From assembly GCA_045594545.1 (NCBI GenBank), contig JAZNYQ010000039.1, forward strand, positions 15,494 to 79,493: a stretch of 64,000 nt of DNA, in the 5' to 3' direction. The notes beneath the pieces were generated by a model. The model saw only the letters and a list, made by a program, of their open reading frames with translations. It did not search any database and had not been told where the DNA came from. Both the position numbers and the translations under genes were made by a program. The stretch is from Eubacteriales bacterium (GTDB lineage Bacteria; Bacillota; Clostridia; Oscillospirales; UMGS1783). Shown piece after piece: positions 1 through 8,389 of this stretch (the stretch's first letter is position 1; the number at the start of each line of letters is the position of its first letter).

Positions 1-83
1 CGCCCGTTTCCGTCCATGATGATACCGATATGCGCCGGAATCACGCATTGTGAAATATCCGGTTTCTTCGAAAAAATCCCCAC
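1..83 (-). CDS. uppS: Isoprenyl transferase / undecaprenyl-diphosphate synthase, 5' fragment (gene runs off window start)
   Basis: Manual minus-strand translation from GTG at 83 gives VGIFSKKPDISQCVIPAHIGIIMDGNGR, matching the conserved UppS N-terminal IIMDGNGRW motif. AGGAGA lies 6 nt upstream. Fits the conserved pyrH-frr-uppS order. Confidence 0.7.
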   Translation of the reverse strand, partial: MGIFSKKPDISQCVIPAHIGIIMDGNG

Positions 84-143
84 AAAAATTCTCCTATGAT
101 ATGATGACCCCGCAGGCGTTTTACGACTGCGGGGATGGTTCGG

Positions 144-698
144 TTATACCGATTTCAATTCCTTTTCTTTTGCCGAATAGGTCTCATCAATCGCTTTTAC
201 GCTCTTGTCAGTCAATTCCTGAATGTCCTTTTCGATGATCTTGTAATCATCTTCGGTAATCTCACTGGCCTTCTGCTGTTTCTTGTATTTGTCAATGGCA
301 TCACGACGGATGGAACGAATCGAAACCTTGGCCGACTCAGCCATAGCCGAAACCTCTTTGATCAGATCCTTACGGCGTTCCTCGGTCAGAGGCGGAAATA
401 CTAGACGGATCACCTTGCCGTCATTCGACGGATTGATGCCGATATCCGATGTGTTGATCGCCTTCTCGATCGCTTTTAACTGCGAAGCATCATACGGCTG
501 AATGACCAGTACACGGGCCTCACTTACCGAAATGGCCGCCATCTGATTGAGCGGCGTCTCGGTCCCCCAATAATCAATGCGGATCTTATCCAGCACGGCC
601 GGATTGGCTCGGCCGGCACGAACCGCCGCATAATCTTTCTCAAGAACCGCAATGGTCTTGTTCATCTTTTCTTGAATTTCAGGATAACTGCCTTTCAT
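144..698 (-). CDS. frr: Ribosome recycling factor
   Basis: 184 aa with typical RRF length and sequence (VRAGRANPAVLD, IDYWGTETPLNQ). GAGGAGG SD upstream. Directly follows pyrH. Confidence 0.95.
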   Translation of the reverse strand: MKGSYPEIQEKMNKTIAVLEKDYAAVRAGRANPAVLDKIRIDYWGTETPLNQMAAISVSEARVLVIQPYDASQLKAIEKAINTSDIGINPSNDGKVIRLVFPPLTEERRKDLIKEVSAMAESAKVSIRSIRRDAIDKYKKQQKASEITEDDYKIIEKDIQELTDKSVKAIDETYSAKEKELKSV

Positions 699-701
699 GA
701 T

Positions 702-1412
702 TTAATCCTCCTCAACTAATGTTCCGACATTCTCGCCGGAGATGGCTCTTACAATATTATCGGGATCATTTAATCCAAATACCAAAATCGGAATATGGTT
801 ATCTTTACACATGGCCGCCGCCGTGCTATCCATAACGCCAAGATCCTTATTGAGGATCTCCGCAGGACTCAAATGATCGATCTTAACGGCATTGGGATCT
901 TTCTTCGGATCTGCCGTATATACGCCGTCCACATTGGTGGCTTTCATGAAGATATCGGCATCGATCTCAGCCGCGCGCAAAGCCGCCGCCGTATCGGTAG
1001 AGAAAAACGGATTTCCCGTACCGCACCCAAATACAACCACGCGTCCCTTTTCCAGGTGCCGTACCGCCTTGTTGCGGATATACGGTTCTGCAATCTGACG
1101 CATTTCAATAGCTGTCTGAACACGAGTCGGAACTCCTAACTGCTCCATCGCATCGGCAAAAGCCAACGCATTGATGGTAGTAGCCAGCATGCCCATGTGA
1201 TCGGCTCGCGTGCGATCCATGTTTCCACTGATCTTTCCGCGCCAGAAATTCCCGCCGCCGACAACGATGGCTACCTGCGCCCCAAGCGCCACACTCTCGC
1301 TGACCTTCTGCGCTACACGTCCCAAAACATCAAAGTCAATGCCCGACCCTTTTCCGCCGGCCAAGGCTTCTCCGCTGATTTTTAATAAAATCCTTTTGTA
1401 TTTGAGTCCCAT
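702..1412 (-). CDS. pyrH: UMP kinase
   Basis: [12 protein letters not shown] and VGGGNFWRG motifs. The track start at 1427 is TTG; the ATG at 1412 has AAGGAG 6 nt upstream. Confidence 0.95.
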   Translation of the reverse strand: MGLKYKRILLKISGEALAGGKGSGIDFDVLGRVAQKVSESVALGAQVAIVVGGGNFWRGKISGNMDRTRADHMGMLATTINALAFADAMEQLGVPTRVQTAIEMRQIAEPYIRNKAVRHLEKGRVVVFGCGTGNPFFSTDTAAALRAAEIDADIFMKATNVDGVYTADPKKDPNAVKIDHLSPAEILNKDLGVMDSTAAAMCKDNHIPILVFGLNDPDNIVRAISGENVGTLVEED

Positions 1413-1515
1413 ACCCTTCTCCTTCAAATGATCTTACTTATAGTGTACTATATTGTAATCATTTTTTCAATATTTTTCTAAAAAAAGAGTCGCTTTTTAC
1501 AGCGACTCTTTATCA

Positions 1516-3510
1516 TTATTCCTCAGCAGGGACTTCTTCGGCAACCGTTTCTTCCGCTACCGCTTCCTCAACCTCTTCTACAGGCAAAGCCGCCTTGATG
1601 GAGAGAGAAATGCGATTGCGCTCAAAATCGATCTCGATGATCTTAGCCGAAACCACATCGCCAACCTTCAACTTGTCCGAAACCTTTTCGATATGCTCGG
1701 GAGCGATCTCGGAAATATGGATCAGACCGTCGATACCGGGGATGATCTCAGCAAAAGCACCGTATTTCATGAGCTTTACGATCTTGGCATCCACAATATC
1801 GTCAACATGGTAATTGTTGCGGAAGGTATCCATCGGATTGGCATCAGGATCCTTGTAACCCAAAGAGATGCGGCCGGTCTCTTCATTGAAGTCCTTAACG
1901 TAAACGTCGATCACGTCGCCTACGTTAACCACCTCATTGGGATGTCTGAGTTTGCTCCAAGACAGCTCGGTAATATGTACCATGCCGTCTACACCGCCGA
2001 TATCCACAAATGCACCGTACGAAGTCAAAGAACGAACGGTACCCTCATAATGCTTACCGACTTCGATTTCAGCCAAGATCTTCTCACGGGCTTCTTTTCT
2101 CATTTCAGAAGAAGCACGCTTCACCGAGCCGATCACGCGTCTGCGACGCTTGTCAACCTCAATGATCTTGAACTGAACCGTCTGTCCGACAAACAAGGAC
2201 AGATCCGCTTCACGATCGGATGTGATCTGCGAAGCAGGGATGAAGATGCGGTTGGATTCGTAGGTAACTACCACGCCGCCGTTAACGGCACTGGAGATCT
2301 TGCCGGCCAGAATGGCGCCGCTTTCTTCGGCATCGCTGATCTGCTGCCAAGCCTTCTGAGCCTCCATACGCTTACGGCTGAGAGTAGCCGTACCTTCCAC
2401 ATCGTTGGTCTTGATAACCTGAGCCTCAATGGTGTCGCCCACTTTAAACTGAGCCGCCACATCGGCAAAACTTGCAGACAATTCATCGGTGGGCAGAATG
2501 CCGGTATACTTGGCACCCACGTCTACCTGGATCTCATTCGGCATAACGGCCATAATGATACCGGTAACGATTTCTCCTCTGCGAACGGTTTTGAAGGATT
2601 CGTTCAATGCCTCTTCGAACGAAATTTCCTCCTGAGCTTCCATGTTTTTGATGTTTTCTTCCATGGTGAATACTACCTCCTCGATAATCCAGACGGGAGT
2701 AGAGGCGCCCGCTGTTATCCCAATCAGATTATTGTTTTTGAATTTTGACACACATAATTCCGACACATCCTGAATTAAAACGGTGTTCTCGCATCGACCG
2801 CGGCATATCTCATAAAGGCGCGCCGTGTTCGCACTGTTGCGACCGCCGATCACGATCATCCCGTCACACCGAGCCGCAAGTTGCTCGGCTTCCAGTTGCC
2901 GTTCATACGTGGCAAAGCATATTGTATCAAAAATTTGTGCATTTGTATAGTCTTTCTTGCGAAATTCTTTACAAATATTTTTCCAAATAACCTCATTAAA
3001 GGTCGTTTGTGCCGCCAAAATGGGCGATTTTGATGAAAAATCGTGCTCCAAAAAGAGTTTTTTTGCCTCATTTTCGCTCGAAATGACATAAAAATCATCA
3101 AAAAAATAGTGTCCGCGGATGCCGTTTACCTCAGGATGCCCATCATCACCCGCAATAATAAAAGCTCTTTTTTCTTCGCTGGCTTTTGCCGCCAACTGTT
3201 GGATGCGCGCAACAAACGGGCAGGTCATATCCTCTACCGTACCACCCGCCGCCACGATCTCATCCTTGACCGTCTGCCCGACGCCGTGCGCCCGTACGAT
3301 GACCCGCATATCTTTCTCCACCTGCGACACCTGATCGATACGGCAAATCCCGCCCTCTTCCAGTCGCTTCAGAACGTCGGGGTTATGGATCAATTCGCCG
3401 TAGGTAACGGTCGTCCGTCCGTGTTCCTGCATCAATTCTTGCGCCCTTGTTACGGCGCGATTGACACCAAAACAAAATCCTGCCGATTTGGCCACTATGA
3501 TCTGTTTCAT
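1516..3510 (-). CDS. ispH: Fusion of 4-hydroxy-3-methylbut-2-enyl diphosphate reductase (IspH/LytB) with ribosomal protein S1-like repeats
   Basis: N-terminal ~280 aa are IspH-like (AGFCFGVNRAV, three conserved Cys regions). The C-terminal ~380 aa carry four S1/OB repeats (e.g. YGAFVDIGGVDGMVHITELS, YGAFAEIIPGIDGLIHISEI). ATGA overlap with plsC. Confidence 0.9.
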   Translation of the reverse strand: MKQIIVAKSAGFCFGVNRAVTRAQELMQEHGRTTVTYGELIHNPDVLKRLEEGGICRIDQVSQVEKDMRVIVRAHGVGQTVKDEIVAAGGTVEDMTCPFVARIQQLAAKASEEKRAFIIAGDDGHPEVNGIRGHYFFDDFYVISSENEAKKLFLEHDFSSKSPILAAQTTFNEVIWKNICKEFRKKDYTNAQIFDTICFATYERQLEAEQLAARCDGMIVIGGRNSANTARLYEICRGRCENTVLIQDVSELCVSKFKNNNLIGITAGASTPVWIIEEVVFTMEENIKNMEAQEEISFEEALNESFKTVRRGEIVTGIIMAVMPNEIQVDVGAKYTGILPTDELSASFADVAAQFKVGDTIEAQVIKTNDVEGTATLSRKRMEAQKAWQQISDAEESGAILAGKISSAVNGGVVVTYESNRIFIPASQITSDREADLSLFVGQTVQFKIIEVDKRRRRVIGSVKRASSEMRKEAREKILAEIEVGKHYEGTVRSLTSYGAFVDIGGVDGMVHITELSWSKLRHPNEVVNVGDVIDVYVKDFNEETGRISLGYKDPDANPMDTFRNNYHVDDIVDAKIVKLMKYGAFAEIIPGIDGLIHISEIAPEHIEKVSDKLKVGDVVSAKIIEIDFERNRISLSIKAALPVEEVEEAVAEETVAEEVPAEE

Positions 3511-4103
3511 GCCGTTTTCGCCAACTCTTCGGTGATTTCCATCAGCCGCTGCGCCATCTGGTGCAGATTCTCGGCCGATCCGTCGGTATATCCCAGTTGC
3601 TCCACGCTCACAGGTTCACCGAAAATAACGGTAACCCGACGGAAGGGACGCAACCGCTGATTTTTGGTTTTGACATACACCGGCACAATCGGACAACCGC
3701 TGCGGATGGCAAGCAACGCAAAGCCCGTTTTGTAGCGGGTCAACGCTTCCCCTTTTACCCGCTTACCCTGCGGGAAAATGCCGATATAATGCCCTTTTTC
3801 AATCATATCAATGCCGTTTTTGATGGCCGAAATATCCTTAGAGCCTCGCTTAACGGGGAAAGCGCCCATCGAATGGAAGAACCATGTGGCCAGCTTCCCC
3901 TTAAATATCTCCGCCTTGGCCATATAATGAACCGTACGCTTTTTTACCCCAAGCCCCAAAAAGACAGGATCCATCAAAGACATATGGTTACAGGTGAAGA
4001 TGCATCCTCCGTCAATATTCACTCGCTCGGCACCGATCGCTCTGTGAAAAAATAAGACTTTCATCAAAAGCCATGCGATCGGCCGCAAAATCTTATACAT
4101 CAT
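3507..4103 (-). CDS. plsC: 1-acyl-sn-glycerol-3-phosphate acyltransferase
   Basis: Acyltransferase HxxxxD motif (CNHMSLMDP) and FPQGKR block. ATG at 4103 preceded by AAGGAG; the track start at 4130 is GTG. Confidence 0.85.
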   Translation of the reverse strand: MMYKILRPIAWLLMKVLFFHRAIGAERVNIDGGCIFTCNHMSLMDPVFLGLGVKKRTVHYMAKAEIFKGKLATWFFHSMGAFPVKRGSKDISAIKNGIDMIEKGHYIGIFPQGKRVKGEALTRYKTGFALLAIRSGCPIVPVYVKTKNQRLRPFRRVTVIFGEPVSVEQLGYTDGSAENLHQMAQRLMEITEELAKTA

Positions 4104-4771
4104 CCGAGTTTCTCCTTGATGATACGGCACATATATTCCACCGTTTGAACCTCGTCCATATCGGAATTATCCACCAGCACGGCATCATCTGCCGCTTTTA
4201 GCGGTGCCGTGGCACGGGACGAATCGTTGGCATCCCGCTGTTTAATCTCGCGTAACACCGTTTCAAAATCAGCCTCTAACCCCTTAGCCTGCAACTCCAA
4301 TGTCCGACGGCGGGCACGCGCCTCTGCATTGGCTGTGAGAAAAATTTTCACCTGTGCCTGCGGTAAAATCACCGTACCGATGTCACGACCATCCATCAAA
4401 ACGTTGTGTTGTGCCGCCATTTTTCGCTGCAGATCCAGCAAGAAAGTACGCACAACCGGATGCGCCGACACATCCGACGCCGCCTGTGCGACCGGCTGTG
4501 TGCGAATCAAACCCGATACATCTTCTCCATTGAGATACACGCGCTGTTCGCCCTCAACAAAACCCAGACGAACGTCAATATCCGCCAATAAAGGAGCCAC
4601 CAAATCGGCATTTTTCAGATCCGGCACATTCTGACGGATGGCGTATAACCCGATAGCCCGATACAGGGCACCGGTATCGATATACAAATATCCCAACTTC
4701 TTGGCCAACGCCTTTGCCGCACTGCTTTTGCCCGCACCCGACGGGCCGTCAATCGCAATATTTACAGGCAT
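4100..4771 (-). CDS. cmk: Cytidylate kinase
   Basis: P-loop IAIDGPSGAGKSS and typical CMK length. GGAGG SD 8 nt upstream. Confidence 0.95.
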   Translation of the reverse strand: MPVNIAIDGPSGAGKSSAAKALAKKLGYLYIDTGALYRAIGLYAIRQNVPDLKNADLVAPLLADIDVRLGFVEGEQRVYLNGEDVSGLIRTQPVAQAASDVSAHPVVRTFLLDLQRKMAAQHNVLMDGRDIGTVILPQAQVKIFLTANAEARARRRTLELQAKGLEADFETVLREIKQRDANDSSRATAPLKAADDAVLVDNSDMDEVQTVEYMCRIIKEKLG

Positions 4772-4775
4772 ACTC

Positions 4776-6002
4776 TCAACCTCCGTTTATCATGGCCTCT
4801 GCCGCCGCAGCCGCCGTTGTAAATGCTAATTGCAAATTAAATCCACCCGTTAAGGCATCAATATCCATAACCTCACCGGCAAAATATAAGCCATTCACCA
4901 ATTTAGATTCCATGGTCTTCGGGTCAATTTCTTTTAAAGTTACCCCTCCGGCCGTTACCACCGCCTCCTCGATGGGGCGGGTTCCGATAACGGTAAAGGA
5001 AAAACTCTTGATCAATGCGCATAGCCGCTGTCGTTCCTCTCGCGATACGGCATTGACCTGCTTGTCGGGATCGATCCCGCTGCGTTCAATCAAAACAGGA
5101 ATCAAACTGGACGGTAACAGTTTACCGAGACTGTTGCGAAAACTCTTATTCTTTTGCTCCGAAAAATCGCGCAACAGCCGCTGATCCAGCATATCCAAGG
5201 ACAGCCCCGGTTTGAGATCTAAAGATATCGTTGCCCGCTCCATTTGTTTATGGGCTATGTAAGCCGATGCGGTCAATACAAGAGGGCCGGACAGACCAAA
5301 ATGGGTGAATAACGCTTCTCCCATCTCGGAGTATACGATCTTCCCCTTTTCGTTCAAAAGAGTCAGAGTGACATTTTTAAGCCCCAGACCGCTCATACGG
5401 GAGCACTCATCGCCCGCACAATGCAAACCGACCAAAGACGGCGTCGGCGTCTGGATCGAATGGCCTAAACTTTTAGCGAATCGGTATCCGTCGCCACTAC
5501 TCCCCGTCTGCGGATAGGACAGCCCGCCCGTAGCCAACAACACCTTTTGATATCGGCGTTCTTTTCCTTTGGTGGCAACGGTAAAACCATCCTTTGCCAT
5601 TATCTCAATTACTTCTTCCTTTATACGGGTAACGTACCGCTCATCACAGGCTTTAAGCAAAGTTCCGACCACATCCAGCGCCCGATCGGACACGGGAAAC
5701 ACCCGATCGCCCCGCTCAATTTTTAGGGCCAGTCCTCGATCTCGGAAATAGTCCATCAACCACATATTATCATAACGGGACAATGCACTATATAAAAACC
5801 GATCGCCTTTCATGATGTTCGCCCGAAAACAGTCAGCATCACAAGCGTTGGTAAGATTGCATCTTCCCTTTCCGGTAATGCCGATCTTCAGCCCAAACCG
5901 ATCTTTCTTCTCAAATAGGTCACAAGGCACACCGGCTTGCGCCAAAAGCGATGCCGCCATCAATCCCGCCGCTCCGCCGCCGATAATGGCAATATCAGAC
6001 AT
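4776..6002 (-). CDS. NAD(P)/FAD-dependent oxidoreductase, HI0933/BaiN-like flavoprotein
   Basis: Rossmann motif IAIIGGGAAGLMAA immediately after the ATG at 6002. GRCNLTN and C-terminal LYFAGEVMDIDALTGGFNLQ blocks are typical of the family. The longer track ORF would overlap rpiR by 86 nt. Confidence 0.8.
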   Translation of the reverse strand: MSDIAIIGGGAAGLMAASLLAQAGVPCDLFEKKDRFGLKIGITGKGRCNLTNACDADCFRANIMKGDRFLYSALSRYDNMWLMDYFRDRGLALKIERGDRVFPVSDRALDVVGTLLKACDERYVTRIKEEVIEIMAKDGFTVATKGKERRYQKVLLATGGLSYPQTGSSGDGYRFAKSLGHSIQTPTPSLVGLHCAGDECSRMSGLGLKNVTLTLLNEKGKIVYSEMGEALFTHFGLSGPLVLTASAYIAHKQMERATISLDLKPGLSLDMLDQRLLRDFSEQKNKSFRNSLGKLLPSSLIPVLIERSGIDPDKQVNAVSREERQRLCALIKSFSFTVIGTRPIEEAVVTAGGVTLKEIDPKTMESKLVNGLYFAGEVMDIDALTGGFNLQLAFTTAAAAAEAMINGG

Positions 6003-6894
6003 CGGCGCGACCTCCGTCCTGCTTGTCATAGACCTGATATTCATCCCAGATTTGTTCCAATTCACCCAGCCGCTTTTCAATCTCCTGCCGACGCTTCATG
6101 GTAACGCCCACAATCAGAGCATTGATCAGGCTCATCGGCGCCGTCAACGAATCCACAAAGGACGCCATATCGCTTCGCGCCAGCAATAAATTGGTAGCAA
6201 ACTGCGCCAAGGGTGAAGACGGGGCGTCGGTGATGGCAATCACATCCGCCCCCCGATCGCGCGCAAAATTGAGAGCACGAATGGTACGCTGAGAATAGCG
6301 GGGAAAACTGATGCCGATAATGACATCATCCTTCCCGATACGGACGATCTGTTCAAACACTTCCTCAGTACCCGAAGCATTGACCGGACGAATATTATCG
6401 CAGATCAGATTTAAATTATACCCCAAAAATTCAGATAACATACTGGCCGTACGTACGCCGATAATATATACATTGCGCGCGGCCACGATTTTTTCAATAG
6501 CCGATTCAAATTCAATCGGATCAATATGCGCCAGCGTTTGGCTGATATTGATAATATCGTTGGATAGGACACTGCCGAGCACGCCATCGTCACGGATACG
6601 CTCCTCGGTAATCTGAACCCGTTGCAAGGCAGTGAGGCGATTGCGGCTGAGCTGATGTAAGGCTTGTTTCAGCCCCTGATAACTCTCAAAACCCAGTTCC
6701 GTGACAAAGCGCACTACCGTGGATTCACTGACACCCACGGCTTGTCCCAATTTCGCCGCCGTCATAAACGCCGCCTTTTCGTAGTGTGCCAAAAGATAAT
6801 CGGCAATCGCCTTCTGTCCTTTGGAAAATGACGGATATAGTTGTTCAATGGATGCGAATATATCTTTCATAAAACCGATTGCGCCCCCTTGCAT
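5995..6894 (-). CDS. MurR/RpiR family transcriptional regulator (HTH + SIS domain)
   Basis: N-terminal HTH (KGQKAIADYLL...ESTVVRF) followed by a SIS sugar-phosphate-binding domain. The start could instead be the ATG at 6870. Confidence 0.85.
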   Translation of the reverse strand: MQGGAIGFMKDIFASIEQLYPSFSKGQKAIADYLLAHYEKAAFMTAAKLGQAVGVSESTVVRFVTELGFESYQGLKQALHQLSRNRLTALQRVQITEERIRDDGVLGSVLSNDIINISQTLAHIDPIEFESAIEKIVAARNVYIIGVRTASMLSEFLGYNLNLICDNIRPVNASGTEEVFEQIVRIGKDDVIIGISFPRYSQRTIRALNFARDRGADVIAITDAPSSPLAQFATNLLLARSDMASFVDSLTAPMSLINALIVGVTMKRRQEIEKRLGELEQIWDEYQVYDKQDGGRADV

Positions 6895-6950
6895 ACTATT
6901 CTTATATTGTAACAGATTTTCAGGGGGATTACAATCCTTTTTTATAAGAT

Positions 6951-6979
6951 AAAAGACCGGGGATATCCCCGGTCTTTTA
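6951..6979 (-). terminator. Rho-independent terminator after the SASP gene
   Basis: Perfect palindrome AAAAGACCGGGGATATCCCCGGTCTTTT about 10 nt after the stop. Confidence 0.8.
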
Positions 6980-6989
6980 TCACAGAATG

Positions 6990-7169
6990 TTACATGCTTT
7001 CTTCAACGGACTTGATCATCTTCTTAACCATCTGGCCACCGATCGAACCGGCCTGCTTAGAGGTCAGGTCGCCGTTGTAGCCCTGCTTAAGATTGACGCC
7101 AACTTCGTTAGCACATTCCATCTTAAAACGATTCATGGCTTCTTTAGCCGAGGGAACCATAGCGCTCAT
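6990..7169 (-). CDS. Small acid-soluble spore protein, alpha/beta type (59 aa, absent from ORF track)
   Basis: Manual translation gives MSAMVPSAKEAMNRFKMECANEVGVNLKQGYNGDLTSKQAGSIGGQMVKKMIKSVEESM. It matches both conserved SASP blocks (K-x-E-x-A-x-E-x-G and G-x-LTS-x-x-x-GS-x-GG-x-M-x-K). AAGGAGA SD upstream and terminator downstream. Confidence 0.85.
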   Translation of the reverse strand: MSAMVPSAKEAMNRFKMECANEVGVNLKQGYNGDLTSKQAGSIGGQMVKKMIKSVEESM

Positions 7170-7250
7170 TGATGTTTCTCCTTTTCAAAAGTTTAGTGGT
7201 TGCGCTATTATTTTGCTCCTCTCAATCGGCAATATGATTTGAAATATCTG

Positions 7251-7856
7251 TTAATCCAGAACCTCAATATGCGAGCAGGAGATCTCCCATGCCGTCATTT
7301 CCCTCTCGCCTGTTTCGGTTTTCTTTATGTAATTCCGACTTTGGATACGGCCCACAACATGCAACCTATCCGATTGGCGTAACGACTGAACAAAAACCGA
7401 ATCCCGTCCCCACGCCAGGCAGGGAATGTAATCACATCGCCCGTACCGACGGTTGACCGCCAGCATGATATCGGCGATTTCCCGACCAAGCGGCGTTCGG
7501 CGATGCATCGGCGTTTTACATAAAAAACCAACCAATTCAATCTTATTTTCATGTTCCAGCGGATCAATACAGATCTGAATGTCTTGCGCAAAAACATACA
7601 AGATCAAGCGACGGCGTCCGTCCACATCCATGTTCTTCGAGCGAAACTCACCCGCAATTTCCAGCAAATCCCCGACGTCTACATAGCGACTCGGAAACAG
7701 CCGTTCGGACACAATGACGGATATCCGATCCGGCTGACCACTTAAACGATTGACCCGCAGAATAAAAGTGTAAAAGTTTTCTCCATAGGCCTGATGCCCT
7801 AACATGGGTGCCTGCTCCACCACGCCGCGCAAAAATACCGAATTTATACAGTTCAT
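7251..7856 (-). CDS. Tandem OB-fold protein, SSB-like, without acidic C-terminal tail
   Basis: Two internally homologous ~95-aa halves. The second half has an SSB-like pattern (IELVGFL...P...G...VNRRYGRCDYIPCLAWGRDS...LHVVGRIQSRNY...GEREMTAWEISCSHIEVL). ATGA overlap with the upstream gene. Confidence 0.6.
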   Translation of the reverse strand: MNCINSVFLRGVVEQAPMLGHQAYGENFYTFILRVNRLSGQPDRISVIVSERLFPSRYVDVGDLLEIAGEFRSKNMDVDGRRRLILYVFAQDIQICIDPLEHENKIELVGFLCKTPMHRRTPLGREIADIMLAVNRRYGRCDYIPCLAWGRDSVFVQSLRQSDRLHVVGRIQSRNYIKKTETGEREMTAWEISCSHIEVLD

Positions 7857-8386
7857 AGTTCCTCTTTCTCCTGTGTCAACAATAACAAGGCGCAGGCCAG
7901 TATGGCAGAGGGCACATCCCAGATCTGCGCATGATACACATGATCTTGTATCTCGATCAATTCCCCGTTTACCTTTTGCGCATCCCGTCCGACCGTTAGC
8001 ACGATCGAATCATCGGCAATACTGGATAGGGAAAAGGTATTTCTTTCCCCTACTCCGCATGTAATCGGACGCAGCCCCCGCCTTTGGATAAAACGGCAGT
8101 GAACAGCATCGGCAGGATCAAACACCACAAGCGCATTCTCTTTTATACAGCCGCATGGCAGATCTTGAATATCGGCAACATCATTGCCGATCAGCACAAT
8201 ATCGGCGCCGAAATCACAAGGACCGGCTATATTGCGAAGTTCCAGTATCAGCAGTTGCGTTGCCGCATCCCCGCACACGGCACCCGAATCGGCCGAAACA
8301 TACAGGATCCCTCGGCGATTGCGAACAATCTCTATAAACTGACGGGGGTCAAAATTTTTGCCGGGTATCATTAGTACCTTTACCAT
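7853..8386 (-). CDS. Hypothetical protein (177 aa), function unknown
   Basis: ATG with AGGAG 8 nt upstream. It starts 3 nt after the pdaB-like stop and overlaps the next gene by 4 nt. I recognise no confident family. Confidence 0.55.
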   Translation of the reverse strand: MVKVLMIPGKNFDPRQFIEIVRNRRGILYVSADSGAVCGDAATQLLILELRNIAGPCDFGADIVLIGNDVADIQDLPCGCIKENALVVFDPADAVHCRFIQRRGLRPITCGVGERNTFSLSSIADDSIVLTVGRDAQKVNGELIEIQDHVYHAQIWDVPSAILACALLLLTQEKEEL

Positions 8387-8389
8387 GCT

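Noticed and set aside
108-134. 8-bp GC-rich hairpin (CCCCGCAG...CTGCGGGG) between frr and uppS, considered as a terminator.
   Set aside because: No U-tract follows it on either strand, and uppS begins about 25 nt downstream with its own SD. It is more likely a partial attenuator or an RNA-stability or processing element. There is too little evidence to call it.
6987-7172. Track ORF of 61 aa on the plus strand.
   Set aside because: The opposite strand encodes a canonical alpha/beta SASP with an SD and a terminator. The plus-strand product has no recognisable features.
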